From an uncultured Candidatus Saccharibacteria bacterium (GTDB lineage Bacteria > Patescibacteriota > Saccharimonadia > Saccharimonadales > CAIOMD01): a DNA stretch of 62,907 bases. Of this stretch, positions 41,427 through 51,877 are shown one piece after another; positions within the stretch are counted from its first letter, which is position 1, and each line of letters opens with the position of its first letter. Made by a program: the position numbers and the translations under genes. Below the pieces are notes generated by a model. That model ran no database searches and was not told the origin of the DNA. It worked only from the letters and a program-made list of their open reading frames with translations. The stretch lies in the NCBI GenBank assembly GCA_964566075.1, contig CAZMHJ010000001.1, positions 9,890 through 72,796 on the forward strand, written 5' to 3'.

Positions 41427-43967
41427 ATGACTGAAGTCGCTCGCTTGTATAAATTTTTCAAACCTACTCGTTACGAACTACATGTAACCCCAAATGCACA
41501 AGCGCTCACCTTTAGTGGTTCAGTTACCATCGAAGGTACTCTTGCGCCAAAGCAAACAGCACTTCGTTTACATTCAAAAGACTTACATGTTACTGAAATT
41601 GCAATTGGTGCATCTCATCGTGCTTTTTCGCTAGATAACGAAAATGATGAGTTGATTATTGCATTACAGCAAAGCGACAAAGGCAAAATCCGCGTCAGTA
41701 TTGAGTTTGAAGGCACAATTACCAAACCAATGCATGGATTATACCCTTGTTATGCTCGCAATGGTGACGTTATCTTGGCAACTCAATTTGAAAGCCACCA
41801 CGCACGTGAAGTATTTCCTTGTATTGATGAACCAGAGGCAAAGGCAGTGTTTAGCTTAAGCCTAACCACCACTAGTTCTGATATCGTACTTGCAAACACC
41901 GAACCATTACAAGTGATGCGTGGCCCAGAACTGTCGACTACTGTTTTTGAAGATACACCCATTATGAGCACCTATTTACTTGCCTTTGTTACTGGCCCAC
42001 TCCATGCAGTTGAGGGCGAAACAAAGAATGGCACTAAGGTTCGAATTTGGGCAAGCCATGATAACGCAGATACTACAATGACATTTGCGCTTGATACCGC
42101 TATTCGCGCAACTGAATTTTTTAATGAGTACTTCGACACTCCTTATCCACTCAGTAAATGTGACCACGTTGCCCTACCGGATTTTAGCAGTGGAGCAATG
42201 GAGAACTGGGGTCTTATAACCTACCGCGAAGTTTGCTTAATTGTCGACCCACAAACAACTTCAACGAACACCAAAGAGTATGCCGCTACGGTGATAGCAC
42301 ATGAACTGTCGCATCAGTGGTTTGGCAACTTAGTCACTATGAAATGGTGGGATGACCTTTGGCTCAACGAAAGCTTTGCCACTCTTATGGAATATGTTGC
42401 CGTAGATGCACTGTACCCAGAATGGAACGTTATGCTTAGCTTTGCATCGCAAGAAGCTTTGAGCGCTTTTTGGCGTGACAGTATTCCAGGCGTACAAGCG
42501 GTTAAATGTACCGTTAATCATCCTGACGAAATTAGTACCCTTTTTGACCCTTCGATTGTGTATGCAAAAGGTGCCCGTTTACTGTTGATGGCTCACAACT
42601 TTGTTGGTAAAAATAACTTCCGTAAAGGCCTACGTCTGTACTTTAAACGTTTTGCATATGGCAATACAAAAGGTAGCGACTTGTGGCAAGCACTCGAGGA
42701 CGCCAGCGGCAAACAGGTCCAGAAATTTATGAATGATTGGATTGCAACTAACGGATTTCCTCTTGTACGTGTGAAACAAGATGGGCAATCACTGACACTA
42801 ACCCAGTCACGGTTTACGGATGCAACGGCTACCAGCGATGACACGACCTGGCCAGTGCCACTTGATCTTAAGCCCGAACAAACACCAAGCTTAGAATTAT
42901 TCACTGCAAAGCGTAAGAAGTATTCGCTCGGCTCAAGTCGTTTTGTGCGCCTGAACACAGAGGGTGCTCACTACTCTGTGCGTTATGAATCAGACGCCCA
43001 CCGCCAGTATCTTAAATCACAAGTCAAAGATGGTAGTATTCGCCCTCGTGAACGATTATTCATTTTGAATGACAGCCTCATGCAGGCGCGCGCTGGCTAT
43101 AGCTCAATCGCTGAAACAATGGAAATACTCGAAGCCCTTAGGGATGAGACAGAAGACCCGGTATGGGTCGTTATGAGCATGTGTATGGGTGATGCTAGAA
43201 CCTTAGTTGAGGGCTCAGAAGTACACGAATCACAAATGAAACAATTCGCGTGGCAATTGGTTGCGCATCAATACAAAAAACTTGGTTGGAAGAAGGATGA
43301 TAACGAAGACTTAACGACAACTAAAATGCGTGGTATTATTCTCGGACTAGCTACATACAGCGAAGAGCAACATGTCATTGATGCTGCACTTAACGAATAT
43401 GCTTCGTACAAGACACTCGAAGAAATGCCTGCAGATACCAGGCATATTGTACTAGCCGCTGCGGTCCGTCATGGCGGTGAAAAGGTCTTTAATCGTCTCT
43501 TTACGCTCTACCCAACCATTGCTAACCCAGAACTACAGCAAGACGTCTGTAATGCGCTTACGAGCACCCGTGAAGTCGCGTACATCAAACAATTACTCGC
43601 GCAACTGAAGGATGAAAACTTTGTCCGATTGCAAGATTTTGACCGTTGGGTTATTTATTTGCTCCGTAATCGCAAAGGTCGCACCGCAACCTGGAGCTGG
43701 TTTACGAAAAACTGGGTTTGGATTGTTGAAAACTTTGGTAGTGATAAATCTTTCGATAATTACCCTCGGTTTGCAGGACGTGTTTTTGGCACCGAAGCAT
43801 GGCTTGCAAAATATAATGAGTTCTTTGAGCCACTTAAATCTGAAATAGCCTTAAAGCGAAACATCGAGATTGGTGCTCAAGAGATAACAGCTCGTATCGC
43901 CTGGCGAAAGCGCGATGAAAAATCACTTGATAACTGGCTGGCAAGTCGATTTAATCAAGCAAAATAA
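41427..43967 (+). CDS. pepN: M1-family aminopeptidase N
   Basis: GAMENWG, HELSHQWFGNLVT...WLNESFA (HExxH-18-E), 846 aa. Confidence 0.9.
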   Translation: MTEVARLYKFFKPTRYELHVTPNAQALTFSGSVTIEGTLAPKQTALRLHSKDLHVTEIAIGASHRAFSLDNENDELIIALQQSDKGKIRVSIEFEGTITKPMHGLYPCYARNGDVILATQFESHHAREVFPCIDEPEAKAVFSLSLTTTSSDIVLANTEPLQVMRGPELSTTVFEDTPIMSTYLLAFVTGPLHAVEGETKNGTKVRIWASHDNADTTMTFALDTAIRATEFFNEYFDTPYPLSKCDHVALPDFSSGAMENWGLITYREVCLIVDPQTTSTNTKEYAATVIAHELSHQWFGNLVTMKWWDDLWLNESFATLMEYVAVDALYPEWNVMLSFASQEALSAFWRDSIPGVQAVKCTVNHPDEISTLFDPSIVYAKGARLLLMAHNFVGKNNFRKGLRLYFKRFAYGNTKGSDLWQALEDASGKQVQKFMNDWIATNGFPLVRVKQDGQSLTLTQSRFTDATATSDDTTWPVPLDLKPEQTPSLELFTAKRKKYSLGSSRFVRLNTEGAHYSVRYESDAHRQYLKSQVKDGSIRPRERLFILNDSLMQARAGYSSIAETMEILEALRDETEDPVWVVMSMCMGDARTLVEGSEVHESQMKQFAWQLVAHQYKKLGWKKDDNEDLTTTKMRGIILGLATYSEEQHVIDAALNEYASYKTLEEMPADTRHIVLAAAVRHGGEKVFNRLFTLYPTIANPELQQDVCNALTSTREVAYIKQLLAQLKDENFVRLQDFDRWVIYLLRNRKGRTATWSWFTKNWVWIVENFGSDKSFDNYPRFAGRVFGTEAWLAKYNEFFEPLKSEIALKRNIEIGAQEITARIAWRKRDEKSLDNWLASRFNQAK

Positions 43968-44292
43968 CTGTAGTTACCTGGGGTGGCTCGCCTGTCATTG
44001 CAATAACACCTAATTGCGCCCCACTGCGCCACTTTTTCTCTGTCATCCATACTTCGGCCGCAAATTGCATTTGTTGCTGTTTTTTAGCCGTAACAGCATC
44101 AAGCCCATCACCCCAGTTTGCAGATTTACGATACTTAACCTCAAAAAAATAAACTGTCTTTCTTTTTGTAGCAACAATATCAATTTCGCACCAACGCGTC
44201 CGCCAATTTTGCACGACAATTGTGTACCCTTGCTGTTCCAAATACTGAGCAGCAGTTGACTCTGCTCGACGACCAACTTCAGTTGTACTCAT
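43951..44292 (-). CDS. yraN: YraN/UPF0102 family endonuclease-like protein
   Basis: GExAExxAxxYL-like N-terminus and CEIDIVA...FFEVKYR. Confidence 0.8.
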   Translation of the reverse strand: MSTTEVGRRAESTAAQYLEQQGYTIVVQNWRTRWCEIDIVATKRKTVYFFEVKYRKSANWGDGLDAVTAKKQQQMQFAAEVWMTEKKWRSGAQLGVIAMTGEPPQVTTVILLD

Positions 44293-44843
44293 ACTGTTGC
44301 CACCCTTTTTTGCGGTAGCTTAAAAGAACGCCTGTGTAATATACAGTAACCATGGGTATGAATAGCTTCAGCGTGAAAGGCAGTGCCGTAACCAACGTGA
44401 CGTTCAAAATGATAGTTTGGATACTTGTCTGCTAGTTCTATCATAAGCTTGTCACGCGCTACTTTTGCACAGATACTTGCCGCACTAACCGCTGATACCG
44501 TCTGATCCGCTTTAATGCGTGTGGTAGCACCACTTTCGGGTGCGAAATTTATGCTGCCATCAATCAAAATTTCTTCACCAGGTTGTGGTTCTATTTCCTG
44601 CAAAGCTCTGGCAGTTGCAAGACGAAGTGAAGCCGCCAAGCCAATATCGTCAATTTCATCGGCGCTCACCCATCCATAGCCAACATCAGCCACCTCAACG
44701 ATTTGCTCGGCGAGCATTTGTCTTCTTTTGGCTGTTAGCAATTTTGAGTCTTTTAACCCCGGTACTGTTTTATGTAGTCTTGCCGCACAGACGAGTAAGG
44801 GCCCCGCCCAAGCGCCTCGGCCAACTTCATCAACACCGATCAT
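44289..44843 (-). CDS. rnhB: Ribonuclease HII
   Basis: GVDEVGRGAWAGPL, DSKLL and SAASICAK. Confidence 0.9.
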   Translation of the reverse strand: MIGVDEVGRGAWAGPLLVCAARLHKTVPGLKDSKLLTAKRRQMLAEQIVEVADVGYGWVSADEIDDIGLAASLRLATARALQEIEPQPGEEILIDGSINFAPESGATTRIKADQTVSAVSAASICAKVARDKLMIELADKYPNYHFERHVGYGTAFHAEAIHTHGYCILHRRSFKLPQKRVATV

Positions 44844-45640
44844 GTGCGAGGCCTTGCTGCTTGAAAAAGATTGTAGAACTCATCATACGTTAAACCACTA
44901 CTATGTATTGCTTTAGCGAGTCGTGTACCAACATAACGATAGTGCCACGCTTCGGGCGGATAACCAGTTATCGACTCCTTTTCTTCGGGGTAACGCAGTA
45001 TGAAACCGTATTTATAGGCGTTCTCTGCAAGCCACTGTGCACTGAGTTTATTTAACGAACAGTAGTTACCACAGTTATTAGGTTGATTATTAAAATCAAC
45101 GGCAAGACCAGTTTGGTGCTCACTTTGACCAGGCAATGCTGCAACGCCTTGGTCAACTTCTTTCGTTACTGCTGCCTGTTCTTCGCTCGAGCGATAGGCA
45201 CTGCGAACCATAAGATACACTCCGCTCGCTTCTGCAGCAGTCGTAAGGCTTTTTAGTGGCTCGATAAGCTCGTTGCGAACCATAAGTGGTTGATTATCAT
45301 ATGTCGACACCGTTATGGTGGTTAAAGAGGCTGGTTTGTAGCCAAGGGGGATGCTGTGAGCCCTGTTTACTAGTGTCCAAACATCATTATAATTCGTATA
45401 TTTATACACTGGCTCAACTAAAAATTGTTCTTTTGTACCCGGTACGGTGATGAACTGATATCGGTTATTTTCACTGGCTGCAGTTTGATCAACTCTGGCA
45501 AGAATATGTGCATATTGGTTTAGTATCGAACGTTTATATTGTTGAAGTAACCAAATGCTTGTAGCAACAAATGCTATTAATATAATCCAGCCAATGGTGG
45601 ATATATACAAATGGTTTTTATCTGTTTTTTCTTCTCCCAC
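44840..45640 (-). CDS. D-alanyl-D-alanine carboxypeptidase, M15B/VanY family
   Basis: N-terminal TM, SAYRSSEEQ, SEHQTGLAVD and EAWHYRYVG. Confidence 0.8.
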   Translation of the reverse strand: MGEEKTDKNHLYISTIGWIILIAFVATSIWLLQQYKRSILNQYAHILARVDQTAASENNRYQFITVPGTKEQFLVEPVYKYTNYNDVWTLVNRAHSIPLGYKPASLTTITVSTYDNQPLMVRNELIEPLKSLTTAAEASGVYLMVRSAYRSSEEQAAVTKEVDQGVAALPGQSEHQTGLAVDFNNQPNNCGNYCSLNKLSAQWLAENAYKYGFILRYPEEKESITGYPPEAWHYRYVGTRLAKAIHSSGLTYDEFYNLFQAARPRT

Positions 45641-45673
45641 AATACAAGTATTATCGCATGGACCAGACCAATC

Positions 45674-45702
45674 AAAAAACCTCCGCGGTGTGCGGAGGTT
45701 TT
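45674..45702 (-). terminator. Intrinsic terminator after rplS
   Basis: AAAACCUCCGC-acacc-GCGGAGGUUUUUUG on the minus strand. Confidence 0.7.
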
Positions 45703-45720
45703 ATAGCTATGCAAATATGT

Positions 45721-46236
45721 TTATTCTTCGTGAGCCTTAACAGCTTCTTCGAACTTCTTCTCTTCGGCGGCCTTTTCTATTGCTTTTTCTGCTTCAGCAG
45801 CTTGATGCGCTGCTTCCGCTTCTTCGTGCAACTTTGCCTCAGCTTCTTCTGCTGAAGTATCACGAATGGTGTTAACAGCATGCTTATCAAAGTCAACACC
45901 GGTAAGACGTGATGCTTTACCGGTTCGCTTACGCATATAGCTCAAGTAGTTACGGCGGACTTTACTTCGCTTGGTAACCTCAATTTTAAGAACGTTTGGG
46001 CTGTGAAGTAAAAAGCTTTTTTCAACACCAATACCACTAGCGATACGGCGAACTGTAATTGAACTCGTAAGACTTTGCTTACGGTCAGTACGAATAACGA
46101 GGCCTTCAAAAATCTGGACGCGCTCTTTATTACCTTCTTTAATTTTTTGGTGGACACGTACGGTGTCACCGGTCTTTACATCGACAACCTGGCTTTTGAG
46201 GTGCTTGGCTTCGATCTTTTGGATAACGCTTTGCAT
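45721..46236 (-). CDS. rplS: 50S ribosomal protein L19 with a C-terminal Ala/Glu-rich extension of about 55 aa
   Basis: FKTGDTVRV-like GDTVRVHQKIKEGNKERVQIFEG, RRIASGIGVE and RRNYLSYMR. ATG at 46234-46236. Confidence 0.9.
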   Translation of the reverse strand: MQSVIQKIEAKHLKSQVVDVKTGDTVRVHQKIKEGNKERVQIFEGLVIRTDRKQSLTSSITVRRIASGIGVEKSFLLHSPNVLKIEVTKRSKVRRNYLSYMRKRTGKASRLTGVDFDKHAVNTIRDTSAEEAEAKLHEEAEAAHQAAEAEKAIEKAAEEKKFEEAVKAHEE

Positions 46237-46349
46237 AACGATTAAAAATCCCAAACTTATTTACTAAAATTGAATCCAAACTAATATATCACATCTTGAG
46301 CAAAATGAAAAGAGTTGAGTGCATTTTTTTAAGATGACATACTAGGCGT

Positions 46350-47486
46350 ATGACGATTTATGACGAAGCCATGCAGGCTCACCTTAATTTACGTGGAAAG
46401 TTGCAAGTTACGACTAAAGTCCCACTTGAGTCAAAGCATGATTTAAGTATCTACTACAGCCCGGGAGTTGGTGCTGTGGCATCACATCTCGGTAATCATC
46501 CAGCAGATACACCACTCTACACTGGAACTAATAATTCTGTGGCAATTATATCTGACGGTTCGGCCGTACTTGGTCTTGGTAATATTGGGCCAGAAGGTGC
46601 GCTCCCTGTTATGGAGGGCAAAGCCATGTTGTTCAAGCAATTTGCGGGGATTGATGGTTACCCCATTGTTCTTAACACACAAGACCCGGATGAAATAATT
46701 AAGACCGTTGTAGCAATATCGCCGAGTTTTGGAGGAATTAACCTAGAAGACATCGCAGCGCCACAGTGTTTCTACATTGAAGCAGAACTGAAGAAACGGC
46801 TTCATATACCAATCATGCACGACGACCAACATGGCACCGCCATTGTAACGCTTGCGGGGCTTATCAACGCCTGTAGGGTTACTGGCCGCAACCTAACAAA
46901 GAGCAACGTAGTGATTGTGGGTGCCGGTGCCGCAGGCGTTGCTATTGCAAAATTGTTACATCAGTACGCACATCCACACATTATCGCGGTTGATAGCAAG
47001 GGCATTATCACTAATGGTCGCACAGATTTAAACGAAGAAAAAAAGTTACTACTTACCTTTGGCGATAAGAAGCAAAAAGATGGGAGTTTAGCTGATGCAG
47101 TAGCGGGTGCAGATATTTTTATCGGTGTTTCCAGGAGTGGCTTGTTAACTCCTGCTATGGTGCAAACTATGGCAAAAGACCCTGTTATATTTGCGATGGC
47201 TAACCCCGAACCCGAAATACTGCCAGACCTTGCCAAACAAGCCGGAGCAGCCGTCATTGCTACCGGACGTAGTGATTACCCTAACCAGGTAAACAATGTG
47301 CTAGCGTTTCCTGGGATATTCAGAGGTGCTCTTGATACAAATTCGCCCATTACTGATGCTCATAAAATCGCAGCAGCAGAAGCAATTGCGAGCATTGTAC
47401 GTAGTCCAAATCCTGAAATGATAGTACCAAGCGCGCTTGACGACAAGGTAGTACGAGCTGTATCAGCGGTCTTCGAGCGCAAATAG
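46350..47486 (+). CDS. NAD(P)-dependent malic enzyme (short, about 380-aa type)
   Basis: [31 protein letters not shown] and ANPEPEI. Confidence 0.88.
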   Translation: MTIYDEAMQAHLNLRGKLQVTTKVPLESKHDLSIYYSPGVGAVASHLGNHPADTPLYTGTNNSVAIISDGSAVLGLGNIGPEGALPVMEGKAMLFKQFAGIDGYPIVLNTQDPDEIIKTVVAISPSFGGINLEDIAAPQCFYIEAELKKRLHIPIMHDDQHGTAIVTLAGLINACRVTGRNLTKSNVVIVGAGAAGVAIAKLLHQYAHPHIIAVDSKGIITNGRTDLNEEKKLLLTFGDKKQKDGSLADAVAGADIFIGVSRSGLLTPAMVQTMAKDPVIFAMANPEPEILPDLAKQAGAAVIATGRSDYPNQVNNVLAFPGIFRGALDTNSPITDAHKIAAAEAIASIVRSPNPEMIVPSALDDKVVRAVSAVFERK

Positions 47487-48164
47487 TTCATCAATCGTCA
47501 CAAAACGATAGCCCTGCTTAGCAAGTGCTTCTGTAATCTGACGAACGGCCTCAACCGTTTGAAAGCGCGGTGCAGCTTTGGCATTAAATCCATCATGAAA
47601 AATAATGATACTGCCCGGACGTACAATCCGAAGCGTTCTTTTTACAATATATTTTGCATTAATTTGAAACGGTTCAAATGGATGTGAAAAGAGACCTGAA
47701 ATAGGTGTACGGTAGCCATGTTTTGCTATCGATCCGAGTAACCATGGCGTACGAAATAGCCAGGGGAAGCGATATAAATCAGTCTCGACCTTTTCATTAG
47801 CTAGCACCCGCTTTGTCTGTGTAATTTCATCACTGTAAAGTGGATCTATGCAGTAACGGTGAAACGCGTGACGATATGAATGAGCACCAATTTGGTGACC
47901 ACGAATTTGCATGTTCTTCACTACGCCTGGGTATCGTTCGGCATTTTTACCAACAACAAAAAACGTTGCCTTGCCCCCATGTGATTCTATTATGTCTGCG
48001 ATCTGCGAAGTGAACGGTTCGTTCGGGCCGTCGTCAAATGTCAACGCCACCACTTTCTGCATAGTACGTACACGCCAGGGCATACGGCTACTAACAGGTG
48101 CAAAGCAAAGCCAAGCAACGATTCCCAATAGCAACGCGATTATACCTAGAATGGTAAGCGCCAT
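47463..48164 (-). CDS. Polysaccharide deacetylase (NodB/CE4 family)
   Basis: N-terminal TM, LTFDDGPN and HSYRH. Confidence 0.82.
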   Translation of the reverse strand: MALTILGIIALLLGIVAWLCFAPVSSRMPWRVRTMQKVVALTFDDGPNEPFTSQIADIIESHGGKATFFVVGKNAERYPGVVKNMQIRGHQIGAHSYRHAFHRYCIDPLYSDEITQTKRVLANEKVETDLYRFPWLFRTPWLLGSIAKHGYRTPISGLFSHPFEPFQINAKYIVKRTLRIVRPGSIIIFHDGFNAKAAPRFQTVEAVRQITEALAKQGYRFVTIDELFALEDR

Positions 48165-48991
48165 AGATGATGCCTTACCACCTCAACCAAGATAACTGCG
48201 GCAACACCAGCAACAACCCATTGGGTCACTAAAATAGGAAGGTGTGCCAATTTATCTTCGGTTCTAATTGCCGGTGGTGGGCCAATTTTACTGTAGCCTT
48301 TTTTCTTTGTTTCCCAGACGCCATAACTATAGTAATAGCCAATGGTCATTACCATACTGTGTAAGAACCCTTGGTTGACTCGTCGGCTCGATGTATACAC
48401 AGGATTATGTAGTGTTATGTAGACACGCCCATTATGAATAAGTTCGTTTCGTACACCACGCTCATCAGCCCCTTGGTAAAATCGAGTGTCATAGCCAGAA
48501 AAAGCTGATTTTCTAAAACTAAGATTTGCAGCCGAGACATACACGGGGCGATGGTTTAAAAGCGATAACAACCACACACCTAGTGCTCCCATAGGTGGCA
48601 TAATTTTTGCCCACAACGGTGCTTTATAGAAATAATAATGCCCGGCAAGACCCGAAGCACCTGGGTGTGAATCAAAAAATGCACCAATATATTCAAGCCA
48701 ATCAGGCCTAAAAAATGAATCCGCATCTGTTGAAACAATAATTTCGCCTTTTGCAGCTTTAAGCCCAGCTTGCCGTGCATGCACTACACCCTGTTCGGTT
48801 TCTAGAATGACGCGAGCGCCAAAACGCTTTGCAACCGCTGGTGTATCATCAGTGCTTGCATTATCGACGACGATGATTTCATGCGATGGCGCATTTTCTT
48901 GTGCTTGTAACGATTTTAAACAACGTGGCAAAAAATCTGCCTCGTTATAGGCAGGAATGACTATGCTGATTTTTGGGTTCGCAGTTTTCAT
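48146..48991 (-). CDS. Family 2 glycosyltransferase with C-terminal TM segments
   Basis: ISIVIPAYNE, DNASTDDT and STDADS. Confidence 0.82.
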   Translation of the reverse strand: MKTANPKISIVIPAYNEADFLPRCLKSLQAQENAPSHEIIVVDNASTDDTPAVAKRFGARVILETEQGVVHARQAGLKAAKGEIIVSTDADSFFRPDWLEYIGAFFDSHPGASGLAGHYYFYKAPLWAKIMPPMGALGVWLLSLLNHRPVYVSAANLSFRKSAFSGYDTRFYQGADERGVRNELIHNGRVYITLHNPVYTSSRRVNQGFLHSMVMTIGYYYSYGVWETKKKGYSKIGPPPAIRTEDKLAHLPILVTQWVVAGVAAVILVEVVRHHLWRLPF

Positions 48992-49041
48992 GAACAGTCA
49001 GTGTTCAACACTTGAATACTATTTTCTCAATTTGTGCGCCG

Positions 49042-50640
49042 CTATGCAAGCACTCGCATAACTTCCTCTAGACTTGTTTCGCCAGCGAGCGCTCGTAATA
49101 CACCGTCTTGCAGTATCGTTAGCATGCCGTCTTTAACAGCAATTGCTTCGAGGCCAGCGGTGGTAATTTCGTTTGTTGGCCTTCGTAATTCTGCCTGTAA
49201 CGCATTCGTCATAAGTAGTAACTCACGTACAGCAAATTGCCCACTATATCCAAATGGATTTTCTGTTGAAGTTCCGGGTCGATAGAGTTGCACGTTCTCA
49301 AGATTAGGTCGCTCAATATGATCGGGTAAACTTGCAAGAACGGACTGAAGCCATGTTTTTGTTTGCTCATCAGGTTGATAAGGCTGTTTTGAAGCATCAT
49401 CAAGACGACGTAACAGTCGCTGAGCCGTCACAAGCCTTATGGCTGAAGTAAATAGTGGATTATCACCAATCGAGTCAAGCATACGTGTTAATGCGGCAGT
49501 AGCTGAGCTGGCATGGTAGGTAGAGAGTACTAGATGGCCTGTTAGTGCTGATTGTAGTGCTGTTTTAGCAGTATCATGATCACGAATTTCTCCAACCATA
49601 ATGACATCCGGGTCTAACCGAAGTACGGCTCTAAACTTTTCAGCAAAACTATCGTTGTCGTTGCGAGAGTCGACTGGTATTTGAGTTATGCCTTTTACAT
49701 AATATTCAACCGGATCTTCAAGTGTAATAATTTTGCGCTCAGGATGATTTAACTCGTTAAGCATGCTATACAGTGTGGTTGTCTTGCCTGAACCGGTTGG
49801 GCCAACAATTAAAACAAGTCCAGTTGGATGACTGATGATATCATCAATAATCGCTCGTTCGTCGTCACTCAGCCCGAGGCTTGAAAGTTGCATTAACTCC
49901 GGCTTTAGATTGAATAAGCGTAGTACAGCATCCATCCCGTAAATAGTTGGTACCGTTTCTACACGTAAGTTTACTGTCACTTCAGTGCCATCAGCGAGCT
50001 GATATGTGTTGTTGATATGGCCCGTCTGGGCATCAGGTGAGCTGGTAGAAATGTTGGCTACAATCGCAAGACTTGATAATAATTGGCGATATTTTTCCAT
50101 ACTAAGTTCTGCAACCGGGTGCAGAACGCCATCTACTCGAAACCGTATTCGTATATGGTCTTCTTCTGTTTCAAGATGAATGTCAGAAGCTTTTAAGCGA
50201 TACGCTTGCTGCACAATGTATGCAAGCATGTCATCTGCACGAACTTGGTTTAATGTTTGCGACACGACCGCAAGCTGATTAGTTGCGTCTGCAGCAGTAA
50301 GTGAAATATCTTGATAGATTACCTGTTTTGGCGGGTCATAGCGACGCATTACCTCGCGATAGCCCGCATCAGAAATGAGTGAAAAGACTACTCGCTGATC
50401 CGCAAATCGTTGTTGCAAGTTAGTCATCGTGGACTGTGAAGTAGTGTTCGTAATACCAAATTTAAGATTACTTTGATCAGAAAAGAGTGGAATAATCTTT
50501 AGCTGATATAGCTCAGGAACTGATAGAATATCAGGGTATAGTGGCACTTCTTGCGCAGAAGTATCTTCGTAAGGCAAGTTCAATAGTCGTGCACGACGCA
50601 ACGTAGATTGTTCTTCTATAATTCGAGCATCATCAGCCAT
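49042..50640 (-). CDS. pilB: GspE/PilB-family type IV pilus / type II secretion ATPase
   Basis: T2SSE N-domain, GPTGSGKTT, VGEIRD and a His box. I prefer ATG 50638-50640 over the track's TTG at 50661. Confidence 0.85.
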   Translation of the reverse strand: MADDARIIEEQSTLRRARLLNLPYEDTSAQEVPLYPDILSVPELYQLKIIPLFSDQSNLKFGITNTTSQSTMTNLQQRFADQRVVFSLISDAGYREVMRRYDPPKQVIYQDISLTAADATNQLAVVSQTLNQVRADDMLAYIVQQAYRLKASDIHLETEEDHIRIRFRVDGVLHPVAELSMEKYRQLLSSLAIVANISTSSPDAQTGHINNTYQLADGTEVTVNLRVETVPTIYGMDAVLRLFNLKPELMQLSSLGLSDDERAIIDDIISHPTGLVLIVGPTGSGKTTTLYSMLNELNHPERKIITLEDPVEYYVKGITQIPVDSRNDNDSFAEKFRAVLRLDPDVIMVGEIRDHDTAKTALQSALTGHLVLSTYHASSATAALTRMLDSIGDNPLFTSAIRLVTAQRLLRRLDDASKQPYQPDEQTKTWLQSVLASLPDHIERPNLENVQLYRPGTSTENPFGYSGQFAVRELLLMTNALQAELRRPTNEITTAGLEAIAVKDGMLTILQDGVLRALAGETSLEEVMRVLA

Positions 50641-50688
50641 ATACTGCACGTAGTATAGCAAGTAAGCATAAGCGTCGACAGCTATTTT

Positions 50689-51180
50689 ATGAAAGAAATT
50701 ATTGTAATTTTAGACGATATACGCAGTACCCATAACGTTGGGAGTATTCTACGTAGCTGTGATGGATTCGGTATTAGCACCGTGTATGCTTGTGGCTATA
50801 CCCCGTTTCCAAAGGTGCCAAATGATTCTCGCTTGCCACACGAACAGGCTAAGCTACATAACGCTATTGCAAAAACTGCCCTTGGGGCTGAAGAAACGGT
50901 ATCTGTTATTAGTGGTCAATCTGTGGCAGAAGTTGTGGCTACGAAACGACAACTAGGATACTGTATAGCTGCCCTAGAACAATCAGAATCTAGCATTCGC
51001 TTACCTGACTACACTGCACCCGATAAACTAGCGCTCATTGTTGGTAATGAAGTTTCCGGGATTAGCACTACCAATTTAGGCCTATGTGATGTCATACTAG
51101 AAATACCAATGATTGGTACTAAAGAATCTTTTAATGTTTCCGTTGCAACAGCAATTGCACTCTATCAGTTAACAACATAA
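50689..51180 (+). CDS. SpoU/TrmH-family RNA 2'-O-methyltransferase
   Basis: HNVGSILRS, LIVGNEVSGIS and IPMIG...SFNVSVA. Confidence 0.82.
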   Translation: MKEIIVILDDIRSTHNVGSILRSCDGFGISTVYACGYTPFPKVPNDSRLPHEQAKLHNAIAKTALGAEETVSVISGQSVAEVVATKRQLGYCIAALEQSESSIRLPDYTAPDKLALIVGNEVSGISTTNLGLCDVILEIPMIGTKESFNVSVATAIALYQLTT

Positions 51181-51184
51181 TACT

Positions 51185-51877
51185 ATGCACGAAGTACGAC
51201 CCCACATCCGAATTGGCCACTCTCTATTTATTAGTGGTGCATTTATGTTACTAGTGCTTGGTTTGCTCGTTGCACCACTTTCTACTATGCCGACCAAAGC
51301 ATTTGGGGTCAGCGATATTATTAATGGCAGTAATCAAGCACGCCAACAACTTAATAAATCACCTCTTACTGCTAGTGCTGATTTAATGAGCGCGGCACAA
51401 ATGAAGGCAGAGGACATGGCTAAGGGTCACTTTTTTGCGCATACCGCGCCAGACGGCACTGTTGCCTGGGATTACTTTAAAAAAGTGGGTTATAGCTATT
51501 CAGTTGCGGGCGAGAATCTAGCACTTACAAATCAGGGATCAGATGATGTTATCCAGGGTTGGCTTAACAGTCCGACTCACCGTGCAAATCTCCTCAGCGC
51601 CGACTATTCAGACATGGGTATTGGTATGGCTTCATTCGGGGATTATCAAGGCCATAAGAACACCTACGTAATTGTTGCATTTTATGGCAAAAGAGCCTCA
51701 AAGCAGTCACCGATTGCTGCTACCAGCCCCGCTGGTGGAACAACTTCACTGAAAACTTCGTTACTACCTATTTCGCCAGCTATCGTCATAAGTGCTTCAG
51801 TTGTACTTATGGTCGTGGGTATTACGCTTGAAGTACGACATATTCGTAAGCTCCATCACGCCAAGCACTTGGCATAA
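51185..51877 (+). CDS. Secreted CAP/SCP (PR-1-like) domain protein with C-terminal TM anchor
   Basis: GHFFAHTAPDG, GENLA and WLNSPTHRANLL. Confidence 0.8.
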   Translation: MHEVRPHIRIGHSLFISGAFMLLVLGLLVAPLSTMPTKAFGVSDIINGSNQARQQLNKSPLTASADLMSAAQMKAEDMAKGHFFAHTAPDGTVAWDYFKKVGYSYSVAGENLALTNQGSDDVIQGWLNSPTHRANLLSADYSDMGIGMASFGDYQGHKNTYVIVAFYGKRASKQSPIAATSPAGGTTSLKTSLLPISPAIVISASVVLMVVGITLEVRHIRKLHHAKHLA

